Shown in pieces: positions 24,394 to 37,886 of a stretch of 64,000 nt of DNA. The position numbers and the translations under genes were made by a program. Source of the DNA: Trichoplax sp. H2 (Eukaryota); assembly GCA_003344405.1 (NCBI GenBank), contig NOWV01000159.1:62001-126000 (forward strand), given 5' to 3'. Within the stretch, counting starts at the first letter, position 1. Every line of letters begins with the position of its first letter. The notes under the pieces were generated by a model. It did no database searches. It saw only the letters and a program-made list of their open reading frames with translations, and was not told the origin of the DNA.

Positions 24394-26359
24394 TTATAAA
24401 TATTCGGAATTTCTGGTATCTGTGAAGCTTGCATCAGGATGATGCTTAAGGAATAATTTTAAAAAGATTTCTTTTCGCTTCATTGGAACAGAATTATCAT
24501 TGATGACACTTGACAGAAGTTTACGAAGTGATTCCTACAAATCAAAATTATAAATTAATATATTGATGTTTTAACTTAAAATGCAACGTGCAAACTGCTG
24601 ACATGCATATCAGCATCCTGTATATAAACGAGTAAATTGGGAATGTATCCATTCTTGCCTTAGTGCAGGCACTTGCTTCACTTTGATACTGATCTACAGA
24701 CTGTCTAAAACAAAAAACTTGGCCACGATAACCGTCTTGAACTTCAATTGGCTTGAATTCAATCTCTTGACAGTTGATAATCATGAACTTTACTAGCTCA
24801 TCGATTTTTATGCTCTAGCCACATACGGTTTAGAAGACGTGCTGTAATTAGTTTTTCAAGGGTAAAATGATAACATTGTCTTGTATTGTAAGATATGCTA
24901 TTTTATACGCTAGAAATAATATGTATACATGCTTGAATACAATACTATCCTTACCTCAAATTTCTTGATCATGCAGTTGCTAAAATTTTGATAAACAAAC
25001 TGCGCTTCAATGTTTACTCCCAGCGTTTTGTAAGTTATTGTATGATTAATGAACCGTAACAATTTCGAAAGCAGTATTTTGTAACTTGGAGGGAGGAGAA
25101 ACAAGAGAAATTGTAATGCTCTACAGGCTCTCGTACTTTTACCCATCTTAATTAAATCCTCTATGGAATTGTAGATTACCGTTAAACTAGGTGGAAGCAA
25201 AGGCTGAGACAAGGAATCATATCGTCTTAAAACAGCATAAAATAGTTCTTTCCTCGCTTCCTAAATTAAACAATACATAATGGCATGCGTCAAATAAATA
25301 CTAGCACTGTATGTACTGAATAGCCAGCTTTAAGGTTAATAAAAAAACTAAACTAGAAGATACAAACTAAAATATGTTTTGCAACTTCTGTACAACTCCT
25401 AAATTAAGGTAGGCATGAGATCTTCAATCTCAGGTTTGTGTTTTGACGTAGATAGATGTAGATGTACTGTACTGTAGTTACGCCTACGTTATTGTACTGT
25501 ACGTTGTGTTCAGTGAATTGCTAGGTATAATTAATTACTGTAAGTCTAGTCATGTTACAACACGTACGCATACATTCGATAATGAAAACTGGTCAGGTCT
25601 TACATGAGCTGAATTTTTAGTAAAACTTCCTTCTTCTTCAGGCCATGGCTTGTTGAGGCAGTTGAATGCTAACGCTACCCAAGTTTTATCAGTATCCGAT
25701 TGACAGTGATATATCTCAGAATAGTTCTGCTTGCTTATGATGGCCAAAAAGGATTGAAAGTCATCGCCATCACAGTTACTTTGATCTAACGAAAGAGTAG
25801 ACATTGTATCTCGAAATTTCATAACGTCTTCTAAGAAAGGAATTTCTATGAGTTGCAGTAACCGGCGTAAAGCGATTTCTCTTGTCATACTTTTTATTCC
25901 CATTTCGTAACTACTACCCCCAGTGATGTCAGAAATTTTCGATGTAGCACTGCGAGTGTGAGCTTTCTTTGATCCGTCGGCAGCACGAAGGATCTTAACC
26001 AAATTGTAGTCTTTTAGCTTTGTATCACTATTTTTCCGGTTGACTAAGCAATATGTACTATTTTTTGTCCTAAATTTTGCTAACTTAGAATCGAGGCGAA
26101 TAAGAACATTTCTATCTATTAAATATTGACCTAACTTGCATAACTGAGCATGTTGTAGTTGCTTGTCCTTTTCCTTTGCAAAGGAAGCTAAGACCCGCAA
26201 AAGCTCTTTACCAGTAAAGGAATTCTGGAATCCTTTTTTTTTGCAAGACTTGTTTGGAATCGGTAGATTCTCATTCAGGTAATTGATAATATCATTCCAC
26301 ATAACGGTTGCTTTAAATTGTTGTCTCTCATGTCCATGCTGATCCTTATACCCGCTCAT
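24394..26359 (-). CDS. DEPDC7: DEP domain protein with C-terminal RhoGAP-like region (DEPDC7/DEPDC4-like), ~4 exons
   Basis: QFKATVMWNDIINYL, DEP core NSFTGKELL...LCKLGQYLIDRNVL, LRRLLQLIEIPFLE, RhoGAP-like ALQFLLFLLPP..KILLSKLLRFI, and last exon ESLRKLLSSVINDNSVPMKRKEIFLKLFLKHHPD. Exon 1 is 26359-25604. Confidence 0.8.
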
Positions 26360-26509
26360 CTCCCTTTGACTACTTCAACGAAATCCTTGTTTAAATAACG
26401 CTATTAGACAAGATTAATAATAAAATTATGGATCAACTTGATCCGAAATTATTTCCACTCGTACATTGCTTACTTGCCCTACAACAAGTACGGTATTTAC
26501 AACTCAGCC

Positions 26510-27475
26510 GTTCAGTACAGTACTGTATTGTACAGTTAAAAAAACCGCCGGAAAACTTTCGTTACTGTATCAGTAAGTCTAACCGTCACGCATAACTTGA
26601 GATAATTAACTGTACTGTACAGTAAGTTAAGTTAAGTTAATCGTACTGTACTGTACACTGTACAGTACAATACGAGTCAAAGATGTACTGTACTGTACAG
26701 TGTACAGTACTGTACTGTTGAGAGATTTTATTAGGACTACTAAGTAAAAGTACTGTACAGTATTGTAGTACTGTACAGTACAGTATTGTAGTACTGTACC
26801 GTGCATTTGTACAGCAGACAGTACACGGTACGGTATAAAGTTACTGAACCTCTGTTAAATGAGCACATTATCGTAAACCGTCAGTAAAGCGACGGGAGTT
26901 TGCACTAGTAATAATATAATTTTCGTAGGTAAGAAACGCGTAGTGCACATTTTTCTCTCTCTTTTGGTAATGATGATCATTACTGTAGCCATAAAAGGTG
27001 ATCTAGCGTACTATAGTGTACATACTTAGACATCAATTATGAGCCAGAGCGTACTGTACTGTACTGTAGACTACTAAGTCTATGGTAGTGTACTGTACTG
27101 TACAGTAAAATACAGTACAGTAAAATACAGTATTGTACTGTACATTATACTGTAATTACAAGATACCGGACTCTACAGTACTGTACTGTACAGTACAGTA
27201 TTGTACTGTAGACTGGACATACCGTACAGTACAATACAGTACAGTGCGTACTGTAGTCGCCAACTTTCCTAACCTCCCCTCCCATGACGGTGGATTTTAC
27301 TGTACGTTACCGTGTACGTCAGCCGTCGTCAGGCCACTGGCTCGGCTGCAAGAGAATCTACGCTGCGCTATGCCTCTAGCCATACTACTGTACAGTACAG
27401 TACTGTACAGTATACAGTATTATTTTATTTATTTATTTATTTTTATCGTGCGGAGACAGAAGAACGACTACAGTA
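26510..27475. repeat. ACAGT/ACTGT arrays in the DEPDC7-ARHGAP1 divergent intergenic region
   Basis: Two dense blocks (~26510-26830 and ~27050-27420), each nearer one of the two start codons; (TTTA)n tract at ~27420. Confidence 0.9.
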
Positions 27476-27691
27476 CATTTTACTATTCAATAGCGGCTCA
27501 CATCTGGATAAAAATTTTCTTAAACTTGTAAACTTGGTCTAAGTAGCCTGTGTTGACACTAAAAGAGACTAATTTTTGAAACTATATACCATATGAGTAC
27601 ATTAATTTATCCAGCACAGTGTTGTTAAGGTACTGCAAAGCAACGCTACCTGGATGTTCCTGGAAACGAATTTAGAGTGAAAATTTTTGCC

Positions 27692-30600
27692 ATGGAAACA
27701 GTTTCTGAAGGTTCAAATTTGCTCATTCAGTATAACGCTATGTTCTTTACCTTAGTATTACATCTTGTATGATCTAGAATTGAACGTATTATCGTATTGT
27801 TGAAGGGCACTAAACGTAAACCTATGTTAATACAAATATAAGTACAGTATGAAGTACTGCATTTAGCAGAAGTCTTAAGTTAATAATATAATCTTTATGA
27901 AACATAACGGTAGTACTGTACTAATTTGTTGAAATAACTTGTAACATCTAAAAACGTGAGACAATTAATTAATATAGTTATGATAGGCTTTTAGGTTAAA
28001 CTCATGTTCGTAACTTATACTGTAACTTCACGAAACTGTGAAAGTTTGAACCATAGAAGTACGAAAACTATGGTTTGAATTTACGAAGTGTAGTTAAACA
28101 TTTATAAATAAAATAGTACAGTGAACAAACAAATGATGATAGCTATTTAGTAAAGTACCGCCATAGATAGACGTATCTGTTAATGACAAAACTTAAGTAA
28201 TTATTTGGTTAGCGCATGGTAAATCTTAACTTATAGGAATCGTTAGCAATACTGTACAGGACTAGCTACTAAGCGTGAAGCAATGCAGTAGTTTGAAATT
28301 CTGAGCTTGAGGTAGTCACTGAGACTCACCGTCTCTGCCAAAGAGCGTCATCATTAATGGGCGTTGCTACAGAATTTTTACTAAGTTAAGAAATATTGCG
28401 CAGCACTTCAATATAAAGATAATGGATTATTAATTAATTATAATTGAGCATAATCGATATATAAAGAAGCTCAGAAATATTGCTAAGCATTCGTGTCGGC
28501 ATTGATGGCGAACTTGCACATTTCTAACGTCGACGCATTGCTGCAGTTATTACTATATCAATAAATGATTGTTTTCAAAATTTGTGAATTTACTGTATTT
28601 ATTGCGAAATGATACATTGTAGGTAGCTCCAATGCCAGTGGCTTAACTCCGATGAATGATTCTGGAAATTTTCAAGACATAGAAAAATATCGTATGCTAT
28701 CGATTGCAGGTCAGGATCAGAGTTAATGACCTATCATACAATGGAATGGCGTTATATAAATTGCTAACGATAATGCAATTTACTGGCTATTACTAGTAAA
28801 GTATTGTAAAGACAATAGAATCCTACGTAGCTATACTGTAATCCTACATTCGAAACACATACGAGTATATAGTGTTGCACCAGTTACAGTTAGTTAAATT
28901 TTATATTTATGTCTACCTATACCTTAACAGTGTATTACCCAGCATTTTTTATCTGAAAGAATCAATTTTGAATTACACCCTCACACTTACAGTCAATTCG
29001 CTCTCATCTTGTGTAAAATGTGACTTTTCCATTTACTACACAATTAGTCTGATGTATGGGTCTAGAAATTAACACGTATTCCTTTTAAAATTACACTGGT
29101 AATACTGATTTTATCATTATTAATGGCATTGACTACAGTACTCTGCACTATAAGTTAGTCATAAACTATTTTCTTTGCAGTTGTCCAGATTTGGATAACT
29201 TAACATGATTTAAACATTCAACTCTGCAAATAACTGGGATATCAGTAGTACGTTATTTAACGAAGTATCAAACAAACTAGTTCTATCTATTAAATAAAGT
29301 TAGTTCTTTGCTTTGCTTAATAATGTACCATCTGATTAGTAACTTGAAAATGCAGTCTATGTATGTGCAAAGGCAAGAGGCTAATGAAATGAATGATATA
29401 ACTTAGTAATATAAATAGGTCAACTTTTACTTGCTGTTTATAATTACAATCATTGTGTGTGAAGACGAATAGTGAGTACCAGGAACCCCGAGTATGAAAT
29501 CGAATAATCCAAAACTATCCGTAATCGTTCGATTGTACTCTGAAATTAAATTCGAAAGCATATCTAATTACTTATCTAGTAACGAAATTATAATTCACCT
29601 GTTACCAGCTCTTTCTTACGATAAAATTATGCTAATCGTAAACACAATATCTGTATGCCATCGATAATTTAAATTAATTAACTGAGTCGTATTTACAGCT
29701 TTGTATTTTAATTAATTAATGTAAGAAATATGCAAATACTGTATGCAGCATTGCGGTGGCTATGCTGAAGTAACAGTAACAAATTTTTTGCATTTATTTT
29801 ATTTACATGTAGGAGATGATAGAAATAGTCGAAAATTGATATTGTTTTACAGTTGTCGGTTGCCTCCTGTCGCCGAAATTGAACATGAGCGCCTTTTAGA
29901 GTAATTGATTTATGAAAGAATAGAGTTTAACACCATCGTAATGGTTTCTCTTCCTTGAAAATAGATACTTGAAAAAAACGTTGGATAGCTATGTAGAAAG
30001 CGATTATTCGTTGATTTATTTTCATTATGGCTTAAATAGTAAGAATAAGCCCTCGTACACCTGGCTTATCCAAGCCTATAGAGCTTTTGATAGAAAGTTA
30101 GTAATTACTGGACTCCTATTGAATGCCTGCATGCAATCATTTCTTTGTAAACTCGATTAACCTCCTTTTACTGTAATCGTACCTAAGGTATAAAAAAAAT
30201 TTGAAGGCGTTATATATTGTCCATGCAAGCAACTTCATTAAAGTAATGTTCACACTTTTGAGACCCATTATAAGGTACTACCATTTAGGGTAATTTCATT
30301 TTAATATATAGATTCAGATAAGTTCTTTTACTTATTATTTGTATAAGTATATACAGACTGTAAATTTGGGTTGAATCTACATTACTAAGTGTCTACACCC
30401 TCTATTGCAAAGCCGAAAATTTGGAAGAAAAGTTCAATATATTAACCGACTCGAAGAATTAAAAGAATTTACTCACTATGATCAATTAGATATTCCGTCC
30501 GAAGTTGACGAGTATATGCGATTTATTTGTATTATGTAGCTTAATAAAGAATATGCATAAGTAATATAGCTGTAAGATGTAACCATAAATTTCATCAGAT

Positions 30601-32336
30601 ATGATCAACGAAAGGGTTCTAAGATCTCTCGTAATGTCTCAAGTACGAATATTGGAGGTTCTTCTGTTTTTGGTGTCTCTCTGAAGCAGTAAGTAATGTT
30701 TGTGTTAACTGAAACATTACTAAGAATGCTTACTAACTTTCTATCGCCCAATAAGACTATTGTTAAGAGAAGACAGACAGATACCGCTTATAGTAGAGCG
30801 TTGTTGTGAATATATTACCGAAAATGGTTAGATTTCTTTCTTATTCGAAACCCTGTATGTATAAGTGATAAAGTAGTACATTTCATGTACATTTTGCAGG
30901 CTTAGAAAATGAAGGGATATTTCGAAGATCTGCAAATTTCTTAACCTTGAATGACGTCAAAAACAAGTTTGATGATGGTACGCGATTTTGAAGGGAGTGT
31001 CGTAATTGAATTACAATAAATCACTATCCCTTATGTTACCTTAAATTAATGGTTCACATATATGTACGACCAATCGATGTTTCATTTAGTTGCTGATCAA
31101 ATACTCAGCAATAAATTTAAAAGTTCAATTGGCCGCGTATGTAAATCTTTATAACTGTCTAAGTATTGTTTCTAGCTTTGTAATGATAACATTTTGAAAG
31201 ATTTTACTAAATTATTATCTCCATTTCAAGGAATCATACTGCATGGTATTGTAGGTATTTTAGTAGGTGTAATATAGTCAGTGTTACGAAACCCCGTACT
31301 TATAAAAATATTACAGTACCATTCGTATACACGCGGCAGCGCAACTGTGATCCAACAATAAAGGATCAAATTCTATTTCTAGTACCGGTTCTTCTCGAAA
31401 AAGCTACCTCAGTATGTTTATTCCGAAATTTATTTATCTATATCAAGCAAGTTCTTATTAAAAATTGCTTGATGCAGGGCACAGTAACTGCCACTGTAAT
31501 CTTTGCTACCGGAGATATTATGATACGAATAATTTTAGGTCTAATGACATTTTTGCGAAATATCTGAAATACATATTTCCCCAAGTTTCACAAACTTTAT
31601 GATATATGTTTCACACTTAGAATTCTGCTTCTTGTTTATGTTTCTTATTTCTCGGCAGGTGAAGATGTCGAATTTGCTTATTATAATGATATCCACTTAC
31701 CAGCAGTCCTATTAAAAAAGTGGTTACGCGAGCTTCCAGAACCGTTATTAACGTTTAAAACAAATAAGTTCTTGGAGTACTTTGATGGTACATAATTCTA
31801 CGATTTTAATCGAAAATGATCGATTTGGTTTTTCAATAATAAATATTATTCGCTTCTATCGATTCACTTTCTAATTAGGAAATCACGATGATAACCAGAT
31901 AGAAATTATTAAACAGATCATCCGTAACCTTCCTGAAGAAAATCGCGTACTTTTATGCTTTCTTCTTGACTTTTTGAAAAAGGTTAGCTAGCGTAATACT
32001 TCGTTAAAATTCAAATACTTTCTTAGGATTCATTATGTGCTTTCTCGAAACCTTACCTATAATAGCTGAAGATACCTTATTGAATACTTTTCGAAGTTTT
32101 GTAACAGTTTTGCAATCTCTGGCTTGAGAGCCAAAGTTGACGGTTACTACGGTTCATATTGATAGGTTGAAGCCAAATCAGATGTAAATAAGATGACTGC
32201 GTCTAATTTAGCGATAGTATTCGCTCCGAACCTGATTTGGTCTTCGAATAGCGTAGCTTCGTTTGATAGCATAAGGCAAGCCAATAGATTAACTGATTCT
32301 TTGATAACGAATAACTTTCTATTAAAGGATGAATAA
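27692..32336 (+). CDS. ARHGAP1: Rho GTPase-activating protein 1 (p50RhoGAP; BCH/CRAL-TRIO plus RhoGAP), multi-exon
   Basis: [65 protein letters not shown], arginine-finger [44 protein letters not shown]. First exon (METVSE) is tentative; co-ortholog of ARHGAP1/8. Confidence 0.92.
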
Positions 32337-34822
32337 GTAAACTATAATAGTAGACTATACGGTTTGCCATTAGTATGATAGCTCAACTGTCACAAGCTAG
32401 GGTTATGGTATATTACCATTCGTAATATGATAGGTGTGCTAAAGATATTGAACATTTCAAAGACAATTATCCATCTATGACAATTTCTTTTGATGTACCA
32501 GTAAGCTTACGGTATTATTTATCCATGTGTGAATAGGTATTATTTCAATCATGTATGAATAAAGTCATTAAAACTCAATTATCTAAACAAAAATATAATC
32601 CCTAATAAATTGTTATGTTTCGAGTTAACTACAGTCTGATATTTCGACTTTTAAGATCCAGATTTCCTGTGTTTGGAAAAGTGCTCTAGTAATATTAAAA
32701 ATGTTAGCAAATTTTACAACACATAACAGCGAGACACACATACCATCACGCTAATATGATTGATTGATAGTAGCCCCAGTCACTTTCAATTTTTTGTCTC
32801 TTATCAAACTAATTGTACTGTGATTACTCAATTTTCATAAACTTCATGTTTCGCTCCTCCCATAACACGGCTACATTCGGATACGCTTATAGTACGTTTT
32901 TAAGACGTTTCAGCTTAATTTTTCGAGTACTCCTAAAATTGTTAGACCATTAGTCCACTCTGGCTTAAATTTTTAGGATATTCATACATACAGTAATTGC
33001 TATGACTACAAACACCGGTTATAATAACGAAATAAAGTATTTGAGCTAGTCTATCTTATATTCAAAATAAGATCTCTTATACAGAATTGCTAATACTTTA
33101 TTTAATCATGACAAAAGCTTATTCCAATAATTCTTTGTTGTTGCAATCGACTATGGTAACTAAATTCACTTGAATCTCTACTAATGCCAATTATATAGTA
33201 ATGGACATACCTAAATCATAGCATCAGTAGTTTTCAAAGCAGTAAGCTATCTTAAATCTAAGCACCGAAAAATGTGATCAATCACCTTGAAAGTGGAGTC
33301 TTTTTGGGAATATACTACGCTATTTTGCATCGATAATAGTACGAACATAATAAAACTATGATAAAATTCTTACGCATCAGTAGTTCCAATATAAATGTTC
33401 TGCCAAAGCACAGTCCATGCATTCAATCTATATAAAATGGATAATACGTAGGCAATTGATCTGTAGAATTTTTCCATATAACATTCATTGTTCAGCTGTG
33501 GATCACCACACTATCAGGTTTTAAAGTATTTGTATAGCCTTTTGAGATGTATATCAAACGGAGTGTAGAAAAGCTGATGGTTCATATTTGCAATTAACTG
33601 TATAAGGTAGAAGTTACGAATTTCCCGTGCAAGTATTGTGATAATCCAAAGCCAGTGAGTGTATGAAAGATAAATAGCGTCTAAATAGTTTTCCAACTTC
33701 GGATATTTTCCTGTGCAGTGATGAAATAGATCATGTTTTTGCATTTCCAGTATAGTATGCAGATACGGTAGATGTTGCTAGCATTAATACAGTACTCGGT
33801 TATTTCATTTGCCTTACGACTACGTACCGTCTAAATTCATCAAATTTTTACTACAAGTTATTCTAGATGTATTCATAACCGTGAAATAATAACAAAAGGA
33901 ACATCGATAATTATGTAATAACTCAGGTACGAGTATATCAAGTTTGTCAAATTTAGTTCATCTAAATTAGCTACATAACATCAGGCTTATACTAGAACAA
34001 GAAAGTCAATCCTACGCAATGCAATGTTTCCATTACAGTACATTGAGTGTGAGCATGCACGAGTACTAAGTGATTAGTATTAATTGAATACCATTACTAT
34101 CGACAACTGTAAATGTACAACGCTGTAGACAGCGTGCGTCTATTCTACACTAGTATAGAATAATAGAACAGGAGTATAGTGGTGACAAAATGATTTGTTT
34201 AATTTGGAGAATTACTATCGAAATAGCAATACATTCCGTTTAATTAAGTAAGTAAAACTCGGATAGCGCAATGTTATGTAAGAGGAGAGTATTTTCTCGT
34301 TTCAAGTGAAAAATTTTTCAAAGAACAATTACCCATGTCTTGAGTTTATCTCCTAAAATTTTAAGATCCTTGAGAACTAGGATAAGGTCGAAAATTTTAG
34401 TGGCCATTTGGGGGAAGGATAGCAGGAACACATGATACGCAACAGCAAAAGTAAAAATTTAATAAAACTTTGAATTCTACCGTATTTTAATGAAAACTAG
34501 CACACCCCCTTACTCGAAATATAATCGCGTGCTATACTCGTGCTTGTTACTTTACATACTCTATGTACTGAAAAGTACATGTCACACATGATACACGCGG
34601 ACAAAATTATTTTAAATAAATAATATAATAGATTCGATTTAATTTACAAAATACGAGCTATTTGAGTAAATTCCCCATTTAATTTAGTAGAAGTGTCATA
34701 GTATGAGATAGATATCCTCAGTACAAATGTTCTTACTAATATATGTATAGTACGGATGTGGATACTAGACACCGTGACGCCAGAATATGCGATACTGCCA
34801 TCTTCTGATATATACTGTACTC

Positions 34823-34951
34823 GTTTTCCTTAAAAATTTTCCTACCATCTAAAAAGACCGGAGACGTGCGACTAAACTACAGTAAAAACAATCTGAAGGC
34901 CGATATAAAAATCAGGTCTTTTTTAGACGGAAGGCAAATTTTTCGGAAAAC
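34823..34951. repeat. ~130-bp element with ~37-bp imperfect terminal inverted repeats (MITE-like)
   Basis: Left arm GTTTTCCTTAAAAATTTTCCTACCATCTAAAAAGACC versus reverse complement of right arm GTTTTCCGAAAAATTTGCCTTCCGTCTAAAAAAGACC; followed by a G11 run. Confidence 0.7.
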
Positions 34952-37018
34952 GGGGGGGGGGGAAAGAGGATGAAGATTTTTTTCTTTAGGAGTCCCTGGT
35001 AGTACAGTATACTGTAGATGTTATGCTTATAATTATACCCGCATATAGTAGCTGTAAACTGTAGCGTAATAGAATCAGGCGATTAGTTTAGGATGTATCA
35101 GCTCTCTCTCGTCTCAGTCTATAAGTAGAAAGACATAAATCATATGAAGATTGTGGGCAGTGTGGTTCTGGAGAGACTATCGAGATCGTTATGTTCTCTA
35201 ATAAAGCGATACTAGGTCAATCACGCAATACTAGGTTAGACACTGCAAAGTAGCCTGAAGCGTGGAGTCCACTTCTTTATTCTCGGTTGCCTTCGCCACA
35301 AGTGATATATATTACATACGTATTAGTAAATTACTAGTGAACGTGTCAATACAATTACGGTATTAGTATTATACGGTTATCTTATCAGTTAGGCAGCTAT
35401 GCAATTTATCTGCCCTAATTCCAGACATTACCAGTCTATCATACATAACAGAGATCATAGTATAATAATTACAATATTTCGGTATAATCGTAAATGAGAC
35501 AGGCATTTAGCATCCCAGTTGTTAATTGTAAACGTAGGTGATAGACGATGAAAGAGCAGGATACTGTATGTACGTATATAGTTAAACAAAGTTCATATTA
35601 CCCTAGTTAATTAGTCTACAGTAATGCAAAACAAAGCATTTGAGAATATTGAGACGTGCTACATCCGCTCCAAAGAATAGACATATAACTACAGCCTAGA
35701 TACTAGATTACACCTTCAATAACGTAAATTTAGTTCAGAATATAAATATTGTACGCGTATACTACAGTATAATGACCCGAATACATCTTATAAACGATAG
35801 CGCTGAGAAAAGCGATGTAATATTAAGAAAAGTACAGTACATCGTTTATTAAGAAGACTGATTTTGAAAGTTGCAAATTTCGATATGCAAATTCTTAAAT
35901 TTTTAAAATTAGAAATCACATGCTGTATTATCATTATAGACTATAAGTCTATGAAAGCCTCTTTTTAACTTTAACGAGAAATTACTATACTATTAAATGT
36001 TATATCGTACACTGCACTACTAAATTTTATGTATTCCACAGTAAGAGATTATTCCGAGAGTATAATTGTAACTTATGTGACATGTGTAGTAACACTGACT
36101 ATGTAAAGTAGATAAGGACTACAATAATTATATTATGAAGCACTGTACTGTAGTTGCAGAGTATACGTACTGTAGTCTTTTGCTATAATACATAGAGATG
36201 TTACACAGCTATCTCAGAATATCGATCTCGATCCTGTATTAAGTTTTCGCAATAAACCTTATTCTGAATCGTCAGCATATCGTGTTTGATTGTTATCCTA
36301 TATAGTCTTGGATCTAATATACGCACATGACCTCGCACATTACAACTTACACTTTATTGTTAATTTTATAATTATCAGTATTTATTGGTTACGACTCTAC
36401 CTTATTTATCATGTGATGAATTTCGTCCTATCACATGTTACATGGGTGACACCAAGTATTATTTTAAAAAGTATTTAGTAAGAATCATTGCATCGTACCG
36501 ATATCCGAGAAACACACCCTACATGGACGATAAATGCAAAACAACGATCTTACTGATACTTTCTAGATGAGCTTGTACAGGAACAAGTGACAGATACCGT
36601 AGTTATTGTTTATAATTTATCGTAATATCTATATTGACCATTTCCGCCTACTTAACAATGTACTTTCCAGCGGCTTAGCTCAACTTTACTAGTTAGTAGT
36701 TTACACGCTCGAGTATGTGCAACATTATTTTACTAACAGAAGATATTTCTCTTAAGATTCCATCTCTCGTAATTATTTGGCATATAAATTGTTCATTTTA
36801 CTTGATTAGAAAACATTACGTCCATCATCATTACTATACAGTATTTCAAAGTATCGTATTGATAGTGTACCTGACGGCATCAAGTTACACTACTAAACCT
36901 AACCGTATTGATCTTCCATATACAGTAAGATTAATCGCAATACTGTATACTGTACTATATTATTGTAGACGCAGCCTAGCGTGTTGCACAGAATAGCAAT
37001 ATAGCATCTCCTTTGGTG

Positions 37019-37032
37019 GTTACCATGGCAAC
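37019..37032. promoter_or_regulatory. RFX-binding X-box upstream of DNAH1
   Basis: GTTACCATGGCAAC, a full match to the GTTNCC-AT-GGNAAC consensus, ~850 bp before the first coding exon of a motile-cilia gene. Confidence 0.85.
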
Positions 37033-37886
37033 GAAATATGTGTTTGTTCATTTGTGCTGCGTAAATACATATACGTAAATGTACGATGCTATAGCTATCT
37101 CTGGTACGGCATACAGTATCAATAAATTATATTGAATAACCAACTTGTAGTTGTTTTGATACGCGTACTTAAATTGTATGCCGTACTTGTACAATCTATC
37201 AAAGATAAAATAATATCAGACGACGACTACATCGCTAACAAGTTATTCAGTATTCCTATCTGATCAAAAATAGTTGCTAAATTCATGTACGGTGGTATGT
37301 ATCTTCAAATCTCCTATAAAAATTCCCCTGTCTTATCAAATTTGATCATATTTCCCAACGCCAATAAATATATATATACTTAAATTATTGCACCCAGAAT
37401 TCGAACATTACTGGTTAAACATTCTGCAGTAGTAACTATATAACATCATAACATAGTCTTAAGGTGATCCGTATTGCATGCAATATCTGTAATACTTTAT
37501 TTAAAAATCTTTCGCATATGTTTTCGAAAACAACCTTGCAAACGTAACCATTTCCTTTATTTTGCCTTGTTTTTATCGTACATTACGATAGCTGTTGTGT
37601 TCTATCTCAACTAACCCGTAACATAACGTGCACACCTTAACTCGACTTCTCTTACCTATATCTTAAATCTTAGTACGATGTAATTGTTGCGAACACATTC
37701 TCTGTCAACGCTCTTGCATATTATTACATCTTATATATACGATATGTATACATATATATAGGATAACTGCATTTCATGCGATAGCATAACACTTTACAGG
37801 ATTATTTAATGATAAATCTTTTAAATTAATCAAAAAATTTCCTTATGTTATGACTTTATAGCTAATATAATATATAAAGATTGGTA

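Noticed and set aside
27686-27699. X-box-like TTTGCCATGGAAAC
   Set aside because: Overlaps the ARHGAP1 start codon context GCCATGG, which explains the match.
33375-33428. IECMDC...IYIGTTD resemblance to a TGFBRAP1/Vps39 N-terminus
   Set aside because: Needs a frameshift within 54 nt and no further matching exons were found.
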